Origin: Octopus vulgaris
Lineage: Eukaryota
Direction: 5' to 3'
Assembly: GCA_951406725.2 (NCBI GenBank)
Contig: OX597814.1
Coordinates: forward strand, 50,840,001-50,904,000
DNA: 64,000 nucleotides
Numbering within the stretch: position 1 is the stretch's first letter; each line of letters starts with the position of its first letter. The notes below the pieces were generated by a model, which had not been told where the DNA came from, made no database searches, and saw nothing but the letters and a program-made list of their open reading frames with translations. Both the position numbers and the translations under genes were made by a program. Of the stretch, positions 12,445 to 24,478 are shown in pieces.

Positions 12445-13559
12445 TTATAATTCCTGAAATATAAGTTTGTGTAAAATAAAATTGATCATCAAAAACTTTG
12501 AACAGTAGTAATATATAAGAGAAGTTGCAGCCAAATTATTTGAACTCAAAACCACTAGATACTGAGCTGAATACTAAGCAGCTACTCTGAATTTCTAACA
12601 ACTATACTGCCATCGCCACCACACAACATCAGAAATAATACAATATTTTATATTCATTTAAAAAAAAGAACTAAAAGTGGTAAACTCATTTATAAATGTA
12701 ATTTTTTATGTTAAAATTCCTTTGAAAATTATGTTGCTAGTTTTACAACTACATTAGAACTACTTTACATTGTAAATTAACATTTTCACACCTGTCTCTG
12801 ATCATTGAATTCAGTACCACTGCATAATGATGATGTACCATAACACAGCTAAAATGATTTCTAGTAAACAGGAAATCATTATTCTTTATTAGTTTTATTT
12901 TTTTTTACCTGCATAGACTTAATGCTGATCTTTTTGCATTTTTGATTCATCCTAAATTTAATGGAGTATCCAATCCTACTGAGATAGAAACATAGATACA
13001 ACAATTTTAATTATTTCATTTGATATTTTATATAGCCTAAACTACCTTGATAACATCAGCTCCTTATGATATCAACAATTTACACCTTACATATTGATTT
13101 ATTTCACTTCAGTTACCAAGTGGATATGTTATATAATATATATAACATACATACTACATACTTTGGTTTTACTACTTATTGCAGTTTAATATATATAACA
13201 CTTAGAGAACTAGTTGTACTAACTGTTCAGCTCATTTCCTTTTTTTCCTTTTTTCTTGTGTTGGGGTTTTCGGCTTTAATAAACTATGGTAAAAAAGAAA
13301 ACAGCTATACATTATTTTATGTCCCTATGATAGCCTGATTTCAGTTACTTATTTCTCTTTGAATGTGTGTGTGTGTGAAAGAGATAAAGTGAGAGAGAGA
13401 GAGAGAGAGAGAAATATGTTTTTGTCTAGCTCTGGGAACTCTATATGTAAGTCAACAGTTATTTGCCTATTAGCAGTTCATATCTTGTTGGCTGTACACT
13501 GTGCCCATGGGCAACACACTTCACTCTCAACACCTCTGTTAACTTAGCTGGAAACAGCT

Positions 13560-13752
13560 TGCTGCTGTTTAGCCCCAGGTCAGCCCTGATCAAGTAGACC
13601 TATAATTTCAGCTCCTGTGACCATACTATATTTTTTTTGACATAATATATCTAAGACTACATTATCTAATGTGCCCTTCCTTATTTTTATGGTATTAAAA
13701 GAGAGCTGTAATTGTTATTCTAACAGGGCAGACCAGCACCCTCCATTGGCTT
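13560..13752 (-). mobile_element. Family F retroposon
   Basis: gctgtttagccccaggtcagccctgatcaagtagacctat... matches the other F copies. Confidence 0.75.
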
Positions 13753-14613
13753 GAAAACTGTTATTACTGGTATAAATAGTCACTGCATTGTAAAACTGAA
13801 ACGTGTTTTCTTAGCGTAAAGTATACTGAGATCTATTAACTCCTTACATGTTTTAGATGCAGAAAGATGGTTTTTAAACCATAACATTCATTTCAAATAT
13901 AGAAGTGAAGGCCTAGGCTTCAAGTATCTGCTCTGCAGAAACTTTCTATATTGCTTTTTAAAATGTTCTAGAACTTCATTTATTGAGATATGAATTGGAT
14001 TGCTACAAGTCCACATCTTTTCCCCATAAGTGTCATAAATATAGTTGAAATCACTTAAATCTTTTTATACTAATATCTATCTAGACTGTAATCCATGCTA
14101 TGATAATTATATATATTTCTTATAAAATGACTGTAAAAGAAACTCTTATTCAAAATCAAACAACTCTGGTTTGCATTTGTCAACCTGAAGAAGATATTTG
14201 ACATGGTTTCATTCTTTGCAGTTTGGTAGGTGCTAAGAAAGCTAAGTGTACGTAACTGACTCAGTTCAAACTATGTTCGAAGGATAATGAGAGATTAAAA
14301 TTAACAGAAAATTCAATAAAAACAGTTAATGTAAATAAGCAGTGGTGATGGTGGTGGTTGATGTAATATAAGTGCGTGCCTGCATGTGTGTATGTGTATA
14401 ATAAATGCAATGTTGTGAAATGAAAGTATCACAACACCATTAAAGAAATCTTCATGTAGTGCGGGGGGAGGGAATCTTTGGCAAATTACATAAGAGTCTG
14501 TGGGGTGCATCTGTGCTGAGAAAAATAATGAATCTTTAATTCTTTAATTTTATTAATTCATAGGTATGTACTTATATTGAATTACTATTTTGGTTCTAAG
14601 GCATAACTTTATA

Positions 14614-14658
<45 letters not shown>

Positions 14659-14837
14659 GTATGTATATATGTATGTATATATATATGTATATGGATTTTT
14701 AGAGAACTGCATACTGGCGAAGTTCTACCAGCATACAGTTTCAAATTTGAGTATGGGTAAAATTCCACCCTCAAGCAAGGAAAGTTATGGGTACTGCCCC
14801 AGTTACCCATGACTAACTTATATAAAGTAATTACATA

Positions 14838-14990
14838 CGTGTGTAGCTGCATGGTAAGAAGCTTGCTCCCCAACTACATTGCTCCAGATTTAGTTCTGCT
14901 GGATTGCACCTTGTGTAAGTGTCTTGCCTTGGATGAACCAAAACCCTGCAAGTGAATTTAGCAGACAGAAACAGAAAAGAAACCCTTTGT
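14838..14990 (+). mobile_element. Family A SINE head only
   Basis: gtagctgcatggtaagaagcttgctccc...gaaacagaaaagaaaccc, then microsatellite, then a family D copy. Confidence 0.75.
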
Positions 14991-15025
14991 GTGTGTGTGT
15001 GTATGTATGTATATCCATATATATA

Positions 15026-15063
<38 letters not shown>

Positions 15064-15066
<3 letters not shown>

Positions 15067-15398
15067 ACTGGCATCCGTGCAAGTGGAGCAGTAAGAGCAC
15101 CATCCGAACATGTTCGTTACCAGCATCGCCTTACTGGCACTTGTGCCAGTGTGCAGGTGACACATAAAAAAAAACATGATTTTTTCGTGCCTGTTGCCAG
15201 TACCAACTGACTGGCACATAAAAGCACCCACTACATTGTCGGAGTGGTTGGCATTAGGAAGGGCATCCAGCTGTAGAAACTCTGGCAGATCAAGATTGGA
15301 GCCTGGTGCAACCATTTGGTTCACCAGTCCTCAGTCAAATCGTCCAACCCATACTAGCATGGAAAGCAGACGTTAAACGATGATAATGATGATGATAA
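15064..15398 (+). mobile_element. Family D retroposon 3' end with tandem structured units
   Basis: ggcacataaaagcacc units, then gagtggttggcattaggaagggcatccagctgtagaaac...gcatggaaagcagacgttaaac(GAT)n. No tRNA head; 5' ends vary between copies. Confidence 0.85.
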
Positions 15399-15403
15399 TA
15401 GAG

Positions 15404-15990
15404 AGCAAACTTGTTTCCAAACAACAAAAAAAACAAACAGAGAAACAAGACATGCAACATAAAGAACATTCCCTTCTTCAGTTGTCCCCTGTTTTATCTA
15501 TTCCATGTTTCGAAGGTAAGGACAAGACGTGAATTCATTAAAACAGTCCTTCCCACAAAGCGAATTAAATAAAATTTGAGATTTTTTGCAGAGGGTTAAA
15601 GTGGTAACAAAAACAGGACAGTGAGAACAAAACAGTAAAAACAAATGGTGAGGGCTGTTAAGCCAAGACGATGTGAAGTGGTGAATGCTGGAAAAAACGA
15701 GCTTTGGGAAGAAACAGATAAAAGCACGTCTTTTGTCTTTAGGAAGGAAGTGAAAGAAAGAAAGAATGGCCATTGGTCACGTGTGAGCAACGAGAGTCAA
15801 GGAGGAAGAGTGAGAGAGAAGGAATGATGAAGGGGAGAGGAGAAGAATAGGGAAAGGATGGGAGAGAAAATCAGAAAGGAAGAAGAACAAGAGAGGGAGA
15901 TAGATAGACAGAAAAGAGATAGAATAAGTGTGCGCATCCTAATTATCAAGATAAAACTTACTTGGAAAAGGATGCGTGGCATTCAATCAT
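15404..15990. repeat. Probable interspersed repeat with purine-rich tract, family unassigned
   Basis: CpG-richer, purine-skewed block wedged between a D tail and a microsatellite. Single copy in the window, so repeat status is inferred. Confidence 0.35.
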
Positions 15991-16003
15991 ATAATAATAT
16001 TAG

Positions 16004-16064
<61 letters not shown>

Positions 16065-16160
16065 CATATATCATCATTTAACAGGCGTTAAATGATGATA
16101 ATGATGATGATGATATATATATATATTTATATATAATATATATATGTCTGTGTATATCTC

Positions 16161-16204
<44 letters not shown>

Positions 16205-16331
16205 AATTACAGTGTGGAAGGCAAAAGTTAGCCATATGCAGAAACACTCAGAAAGGCCATTTATTCGTAATATAATATCAAAATTTTTGTCACTCAAAAC
16301 TGTGATTAATATAATATGTATGTATATATCT

Positions 16332-16540
16332 ATGTGTGTGTGTTTGTTCTCCACCACCACTGAACCAGTGCTGCTTTGTTTATGTAGCATTAACTTTGTG
16401 GTTTGGCATAAGAGACTGGTAAAATAAGTACCAGACTTTAAAATATAAGTACCATGATTGATTCATTCAGCTAAAACCCTTCAGAGTGACGGCCCAGCAT
16501 GGCCACAGTCCAACACCTGAAGCAAGTAAGAGATAAAAAT
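16332..16540 (+). mobile_element. Family A SINE tail half
   Basis: ggtttggcataagagactggtaaaataagtacc...cccagcatggccacagtcc...gaagcaagtaag. Confidence 0.75.
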
Positions 16541-17280
16541 AAACAAACATACATATATACATACATGCATGCATGAATGAATGAATGAGAGAGGAATGGA
16601 GGGAGATCTCAGAATTATTATAAACAAAAATTCAAAACTGCCACATCCCTTTGTTACTGCCACATACTTTTGTGTGTGAAAATATAGAAGATACTATATG
16701 GCTAAACTCTAAATAGAAATATATATGAATGGAGATATATATTGAGTGGGTGCATAAGAGCTTATAATTAAATTGCTGGTTAATCAATACCAATTTGTAG
16801 TTTTAGTTCATAAGTATTATAAAATAATATGAAATATTTGAACTCACCTCCTACCTATATGAGTACCCTTGCATTTTGAGATAATATAAGTCAAGCTATG
16901 TTTCCCTAAATTTACCTAGGATAAATTTTTATTGACAAACATAATATTGCCTCATCTCAGTTTTGTTCTTTAAGATTCATCCAACCTTGAGCCTATTAAC
17001 AATTGCCTTTCACCAGTAGAAAACTTCATATGGCAGAATACTTTCTTGAGCAAGATAATATTGATAAATGTATATCTTTTACATACACAGCTTGCATTTT
17101 TGTATGTATATGTGTGTATGAGTATGCATGTGTGTGGGTATGCCTTTTACACACAGGTATGCATACACATACAAATTTATTTGTATATATGTATATGTGC
17201 ATGTGTTTTTATATATATATACATACACACAAACACCCCCACATACATAGAGGAAAAGACATTTATGCATAAAATGTCCT

Positions 17281-17309
17281 TTGCATATATATATATGTGT
17301 GTGTATTTA

Positions 17310-17360
<51 letters not shown>

Positions 17361-17391
17361 ATGTATATATGTATGTATGTATATATATATG

Positions 17392-17424
<33 letters not shown>

Positions 17425-17441
17425 ATATATATATGTATGTG

Positions 17442-17479
<38 letters not shown>

Positions 17480-17513
17480 TATGTATGTGTATATATATGT
17501 ATGTATGTATATG

Positions 17514-17545
<32 letters not shown>

Positions 17546-17661
17546 TATGTATATATTTATGTATATATGTATGTATATGTATAAATATATATGTAGGTAT
17601 ATATATACTCACAGACACATACACACATGCATGTGCACACATTATATATGTACATACATTC

Positions 17662-17702
<41 letters not shown>

Positions 17703-17716
17703 GTGTGTGTGTGTAA
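17281..17716. repeat. Compound (TA)n/(TATG)n/(TG)n microsatellite
   Basis: Directly visible; source of the YICMV-rich pseudo-ORFs. Confidence 0.97.
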
Positions 17717-18644
17717 AGGACATATTTTAACAGAAGCAAGAGGGAATAAGAAGAAGAAAAAATATTTTTAAAAAATATAAGAGAAAATCTTGAAAAGACA
17801 TTTTGCTCTTATAAATTATTTGGTTGCTATGACAAGCATTCTCCAAGGTAATGCTGAGCTTCAGAATTAAGCATATGGATTGCGCTGAGGAGCTCTCAGA
17901 GCAATTCAGAGGAAAGCAGTGAATCTTGGACTATTGGAACCCTGTTGTTTTACTTTTTTTTTTTTTTTTTTTGCATGCCTAAGAGGGAAAATGAATAAAA
18001 ACTTGAAAGGAAAGCAAAGGAATATATCTGGTTTTATCATGTGTCCAGCATGCTCCACACCGCCTCCTTAAGTCTATAAATATTCCTTGTGAGTTTTCCC
18101 CACACTGCATTTAGTATTCAACTAATTAAGTAACATTTGAAGTGTGTGTTTGTGTGTATGTGTGTAAATATATGCACATGTGTGTATGTGTGTAAAAGCA
18201 TAGATACCAGTAAATGTAGTGTGTATGTATAATGTACATACAAAGAGATAGATAAATGTTGTCTTCTTTCTATTGCCTGAACAAATGCATACATGTAAGA
18301 AACTCAGAGTAGTGACAGGGGAAATATCAGTATTGGGCAAATGCTGATTTGTGTGTATGTGTGTGTGTGATAAAGAGCATAAATAATGGGCTTCACATAT
18401 TCCTTTATTCATGCGTAAGTCAAAATTGCACAGATAAAGAAATATGTAAAGCCCAGTTATTCATGCCTTTTCTTGAATATTTCTCCTTGAGAAAGACCAA
18501 TTTCACTCAGAATACAACCACTGATTTACAAAATTGACTGGTGTTTGACTTCAGCCATGGACCCTGCCATAGGTTTATGTGGAATTCTTTATTAAAATCT
18601 AAATCTATCCTCTAAATTTTGTTTGCCTGATGTATTTGTATTAA

Positions 18645-18857
18645 CCCTTTCATTACTGTATTTATGTTGAGATGTTCTGTGTTTCTTTCAATTATTTTAA
18701 AGAATTTGAAGAATTTAGTAAAATAACTTAGTTATCATTAAGTTAGAGGTAAGAATATAAATTGGGACTAAGGTTTGGTGGAAGATTTTAATTCAAAACT
18801 TATGAAAACAAGACTACAGAGCCAGAGCCAGTTTTAGCTGGGTTGGTAACGAAAGGG
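18645..18857. mobile_element. piggyBac-type MITE (family P2)
   Basis: TTAA|CCCTTTCATTAC ... GTAACGAAAGGG|TTAA with a TTAA duplication. Homologous to 45760-45979 and, inverted, 39230-39454. Confidence 0.9.
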
Positions 18858-19072
18858 TTAACAGAGAGCTTATGAAGTATTTTGCCCGAATTTAAAATCC
18901 CTCATTAATAACTCATTATTCTGATAACACAGACACACACACACACACACACACACTCACTCATACATATTTAGTTACACACACAAACACACACACATAC
19001 ATACATGTATGTGTGTGAGCATAATGCAGTCAACTGGTGAATTTGTTAGAACATAGGACAAATACGTTGCAG

Positions 19073-19291
19073 TACTCTTTACTCTTTTACTCTTTTACAT
19101 GTTTCAGTCATTTGACTGTGGCCATGCTGGAGCACCGCCTTTAATCGAGCAACTCAACCCCGGGACTTATTCTTTTGTAAGCCCAGTACTTATTCTATCG
19201 GTCTCTTTGGTCGAACCGCTAAGTAACGGGGACATAAACACACCAGCATTGGTTGTCAAGCAATGCTAGGGAGACAAACACGGACACACAA

Positions 19292-19345
<54 letters not shown>

Positions 19346-19499
19346 GACGGGCTTCTTTCAGTTTCCGTCTACCAAATCCACTCACAAGGCTTTGGTCGGC
19401 CCGAGGCTATAGCAGAAGACACTTGCCCAAGGTGCCACGCAGTGGGACTGAACCTGGAACCATGTGGTTCGTAAACAAGCTACTTACCACACAGCCACT
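19073..19499 (-). mobile_element. Family A SINE, young near-intact copy nested in a family C SINE
   Basis: CpGs retained and (TACTCTTT)n tail at 19073-19098. C-family head at ~19030-19072 and C-family remainder at ~19505-19600 flank it. Confidence 0.92.
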
Positions 19500-19847
19500 T
19501 TTTTTGAGTTGTTAGTTCAAATCCTACCCAAGTTATCTTTGCCTTTTATCATTCCAAAAGTTGAGATTAAAATAAAGTACCAGTGAAGTACAAGGTCACT
19601 TTCACTCCTTTCTGCCATCCCTCTCTCTCTCTTTCTCTCTTTCAGAATCTGTTGATCTCCACTCTGGTTATTGGCATTTATATGAGGATGCCAGTTGGTA
19701 CCCAAGCAGTGGTAAAAAAATCTCTAAGTTGTTGCTGAAAATGTTAAAGAGAAAAAGAAAAGGAAAACCTTTTCACCCCAGAAGTAGATATGACAGGTGT
19801 GTGTGTGACCCAATATGCAGCATGCACTGAATGGACTAAGGCCACGT

Positions 19848-19874
19848 GTATGTGTATATATATATATATTTTTT

Positions 19875-19929
<55 letters not shown>

Positions 19930-20106
19930 ATATATATATATATGTATATATATGTATGTATGTATATATATGTATGTATGTATATATATGTATGTATGTA
20001 TATATATGTATGTATGTATATATATGTATGTATGTATGTATATATATGTATGTATGTATATATATGTATGTATGTATATATATGTATGTATGTATGTATA
20101 TGTATG

Positions 20107-20145
<39 letters not shown>

Positions 20146-20216
20146 GTATATGTATGTATGTATATATATGTATATATATGTATGTATGTATATATATGTA
20201 TGTATGTATATATATG

Positions 20217-20255
<39 letters not shown>

Positions 20256-20368
20256 GTATATATATGTATGTATGTATATATATGTATGTATGTATGTATA
20301 TATATGTATGTATGTATATATATGTATGTATGTATATATATGTATGTATGTATGTATATATATGTATG

Positions 20369-20400
<32 letters not shown>

Positions 20401-20768
20401 TATATATGTATGTATGTATATATATGTATATGTATGTATGTATGTATATGTATGTATGTATATATATGTATATGTATGTATGTATGTATATATATGTATG
20501 TATGTATATATATGTATATGTATGTATGTATGTATGTATATATATGTATATGTATGTATGTGTGTATATATATGTATATGTATGTATGTGTGTATATATA
20601 TGTATATGTATGTATGTGTGTATATATATGTATATGTATGTATGTGTGTATATATATGTATATGTATGTATGTGTGTATATATATGTATATGTATGTATG
20701 TGTGTATATATATGTATATGTATGTATGTGTGTATATATATGTATATGTATGTATGTATGTATGTATG

Positions 20769-20799
<31 letters not shown>

Positions 20800-20806
20800 A
20801 TATATA

Positions 20807-20866
<60 letters not shown>
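19848..20866. repeat. ~1-kb compound microsatellite (TA/TATG/TG) ending in (GA)n
   Basis: Directly visible; produces the 330-370 aa artefact ORFs. Confidence 0.98.
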
Positions 20867-21204
20867 TGTCATCATACATTCTTTCCTTCCTTCTTTCTAG
20901 CATGAATTGAATGGCCCCTTTATACTGTGACACATGTCACAGTACTTAATAATCTGGCACACACACACAGTGACAGAAAATCATCAGTCTTGTGGTTGTA
21001 TATATGTTTGGGGTTTTTATGAAGGGTATGATTTTAATGATTGGGTATTCTTCCTACCTCCAATCACTTTATACTTTGAACTAGGTACATTTTATCATGC
21101 CATTAACACTAGGGATATTGTATGTGAGAGAGATCCAAGCTCTTGCTTCTGCTTTGTATGTAGATTGCTGAGTCAACATCTTTTTCGATTGTTCTTTTCG
21201 CATA

Positions 21205-21853
21205 CCTCTTACTTGTTTTATTCATCAGACTGTGGTCATGCTGGGGCACTGCCTTGAATTTTTAGCCAAATGAATCAACGTTTTTTTTAAGCCTGGTACT
21301 TATTCTATCAGTCTCTTTTGCCAAGCTGCTAAGTTACAGGGACGCAAACACACCAACACCAGTTGTCAAGTGGTTGTAGGAAGACAAACACAGACACAAT
21401 GACACACACACACACACACAAACATATGTATATGTGTTGTTGGCATCCTTTTGTCTCGGGTGACAATGGAGTTGCCTATAAATTAAGCCAGTCTGGTTTT
21501 TACATTTCATATCCTCTCCTGTTTCCTCTCCAGTTTTCTGCAGGCCTGGGCTAGATGTAAGAAAATCCTGGGTAGCCCAATTGTCAGGATTCCTCTCTCG
21601 ACCTTGCTGACGTAGTACAAAGGAGTGCAGAGCATTACGTTTGGCACCAGCTTGGTTGCAGGAGCTGCCAGAAGAGTGTCAAGTTGAACACTAAATCGCC
21701 TACCGGACTCCACTCCGGATTTCTATGAAGGTTGTCTTCTTTCCATAACCCTGGATAGGGACCCATACTGGGTACTGTCAACCGGAACCAGATGAGCCCA
21801 GGATTCATGTCAGGCTGGGTTGTTACTCCCTGAAGAAAATCGCTACCCACTAC

Positions 21854-21918
<65 letters not shown>

Positions 21919-22088
21919 CACACACATACACACAATGAGTTTCTTTCAGTTTCCGTCTACAAAATTCACTCACAAGGCTTTGGTTGGCCCAAGGCTATAG
22001 TGGAAGACACTTGCCCAAGGTGCCATGCAGTGGGACTGAACCCAGAACTATGTGGTTGGGAAGCAAAATTCTTATCACACAGCCACAT
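21205..22088 (-). mobile_element. Family A SINE split at its central microsatellite by a nested element
   Basis: Tail half at ~21205-21420 and head half at ~21935-22088, same orientation, separated by the 21436-21855 insert. Confidence 0.85.
21436..21855 (-). mobile_element. Non-autonomous RTE/BovB-related element (5'UTR-like block plus 3' tail)
   Basis: Minus strand has gctcctgcaaccaagctggtgccaaac...gcaaggtcgagagaggaatcc, which resembles BovB-type RTE 5' UTRs and the Ceph domain as I recall them. It ends ccattgtcacccgagacaaaaggatgcc(AAC)n, resembling RTE 3' ends. No RT coding sequence. Confidence 0.6.
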
Positions 22089-22218
22089 TTTTACATTACA
22101 TCTCTTCAGTTTCAAAGACTACACTGTAAAACTTATACTCATATACATTAACAAATACACATATGCATGCATATACATATGTAGATTTATGCTTTTGTGT
22201 TAGTATGTGTATGTAAAT

Positions 22219-22375
22219 ATGGCTGTGATGATGAAGCTCCTTTCACATCCACATTGCTTGTGGTTCAGTCCTACCACAAGACATCTTGTGCAGGTGTCTT
22301 ACACAATAGCTTCAGGCCAACCAATGTCATGTGAGTGAAAGTGGTTGGTGGAAACTGTGCAAAACCCATCATCTG
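22219..22375 (+). mobile_element. Family A SINE head, diverged
   Basis: ggctgtg...ggttcagtcc...gtgagtg...ggaaactg. Confidence 0.7.
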
Positions 22376-22738
22376 TGAGTATGTGTGTATCTTTAAGGAA
22401 TGCATTCCAGATGGAAACTGAGTGAAGTATGAGCACCTGAGAAAGAAGTACTTTATTTGTGGAGGTAGAAATCTTAATTTATACCAGTAAAACATTTGCA
22501 GCCCAACTTGATGAAGGAAAGCAGCAGGTGATCTGTGCTATAATCAATAATACAGTGGAAATGTGATACATACGCTGTTTGAGTCCCATCAGAGGGCTTA
22601 TTCTTTTTCTGCCTCAAGTTTGCATTTATATCTTCCATTTATATTAAAGTCTTAGTCATTACTCCATAATTATATGTGTATGAGCATAGATATTTCAGTG
22701 TGTATATACAATATATACATATGGGTATGTTTGTATAC

Positions 22739-22770
<32 letters not shown>

Positions 22771-24261
22771 TGTAATGTACATGAGTGTGTGTGTGAGACA
22801 CACACACACACACATACATTTCCATCCGTACATGATGTTCATGAAGAATACAAGATTCTTTGGAAAAGACAAATTGCTCATTTGATTTTCAAAAATAATT
22901 CCTACAGTGTCTTGGTTTGATTGAAGACTGCAATATATTTTATATTCTTTTGCATACTCAACTCATGTGAGAAATCCTTAGAGATCTATTGATGGTTACT
23001 AACCATAGACTTAGAACTATTGTATTTGAATCAATGATTCAGTGGGATATCTGGTTTGTGTCGTTTATAGAATTTATTATAGATGGAATTTCAAAAGTAT
23101 TTTGAAGTTAAATGTTCTTTCTCAGTTTCAAAAGTAGTAGGGTTTTATAACAAGGGCTTTCATTGTTATGATAAAGTTCTTATTATTTTTGGTGTTAATT
23201 GATTTTATGTTCCTGTTCAGTATATGTATTAGCATGTGATGTGTGTTAGCCCCAGATCAGCTTTCATCAAAACAGACCTGTGATCAAAAGCTTTCAAACT
23301 ATGCAGTCAATCCTTTATTAAAGCATTAGTATATCCTGAATAACATCAAATGTGTCTGTTTTTAAAGACAAATGGGTATCACTTCAGACAATCATATCTA
23401 CTATTTTGAATGGTCAGCTGACTGCACAAAGGTTCGATGATTGGCTCAATGTTAATAAAGATGATTTTTAGTTTTAGTTCTATATTAAATATCATTAAAG
23501 AAAGCACTGAAAACTTCATCATATGTTGTATGCTATAACAGATTAATCTGATGTACTTGTCTTCAAGTCATATCCACATGAGGATTAGGCATAATCACTA
23601 GATGCTAATGAATCACTCTTTAATTATTCATGCCTAAGCTTTTAACAGCAGTGAGCTACATCTGTCCACACTTGAGCCAAAGTGAGAGCCTGTATGTGGC
23701 AGTTCTCTGTCTTCTGAATTTCAATCCAGCTGAGGTTAATTTACACCCTTTCACTGGTGGATTTCTGAAATTAACTGAGCATTGGATGATATGATTCACA
23801 TGCTCTTTTCTGCATATTCTTTGAATTCTAAGTTCAAATTCCACCTAGGATCCAACAGTTAGGGCTAATTTACACTGGCCAGCATGGGACTTCAACCAAC
23901 ATTGATAAGCTAACAGTTAGTGGCCCAATCCAGAAATAGGTTCACAATAACTGAATGGAAAGAGAAGTTCAGAGTACTTTAAATAGAAAAGAAACTGGGT
24001 GGTCATGGTTGGAACCCCTTTATCATATGTCTGCATGATCAGAGCTGACTGAGGATAACAACAAAAATGTATCCATACTATCTCTTTTTAAAGAAGAATG
24101 AACAAAGCTAAAGAGCCTTCATAATTTTTTTCATTGACATAATCACAATGGACCCCTTGGATAGGACTATGACATCCTATTGACTCAGTTAACTGCAGCT
24201 TTTATACAACTTTATGGCATTCTCTGAAACTCATGCGTTCATTAGTTTTTGTGTGTGTTAA

Positions 24262-24478
24262 AAGGTGGCGAGCTGGCAGAAATTTTAGCAAGCCGGGCTA
24301 AATGCTTAGCACTATTTCATCTGTCTTTACATTCTGAGTTCAAATTCTGCCAAGGTTGACTTTACCTTTTATCCTTTCGGGGTCAATAGATTAAGTACCA
24401 GTTGCATACTGGGATCGATCTAATCGACTGGCCCCCACTCCAAAAATTTCGAGCCTTGTGCCTAGAGTAGAAAAAAAA
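24262..24478 (+). mobile_element. Family C tRNA-derived SINE with Meta-domain-like core
   Basis: ggcgagctggcagaa...gagttcaaattc (B box), then ggttgactttaccttttatcctttcggggtcaatagattaagtaccag, which resembles the MetaSINE domain. Older copies at ~10770-10950, 23700-23850, 27672-27775, 47320-47935, 62890-63035, 63480-63640. Confidence 0.8.

Noticed and set aside
15470-15550. Minus-strand GAAAC ... CTGAAGA as a type II hammerhead
   Set aside because: Core words are present, but I could not build convincing stems I and III in this copy.
19790-20933. Five ORFs of 331-371 aa (and similar ones at 17046-17771 and 48582-49101)
   Set aside because: Translations of TA/TG/TATG microsatellites that simply lack stop codons; only Y/I/C/M/V/H/T residues.
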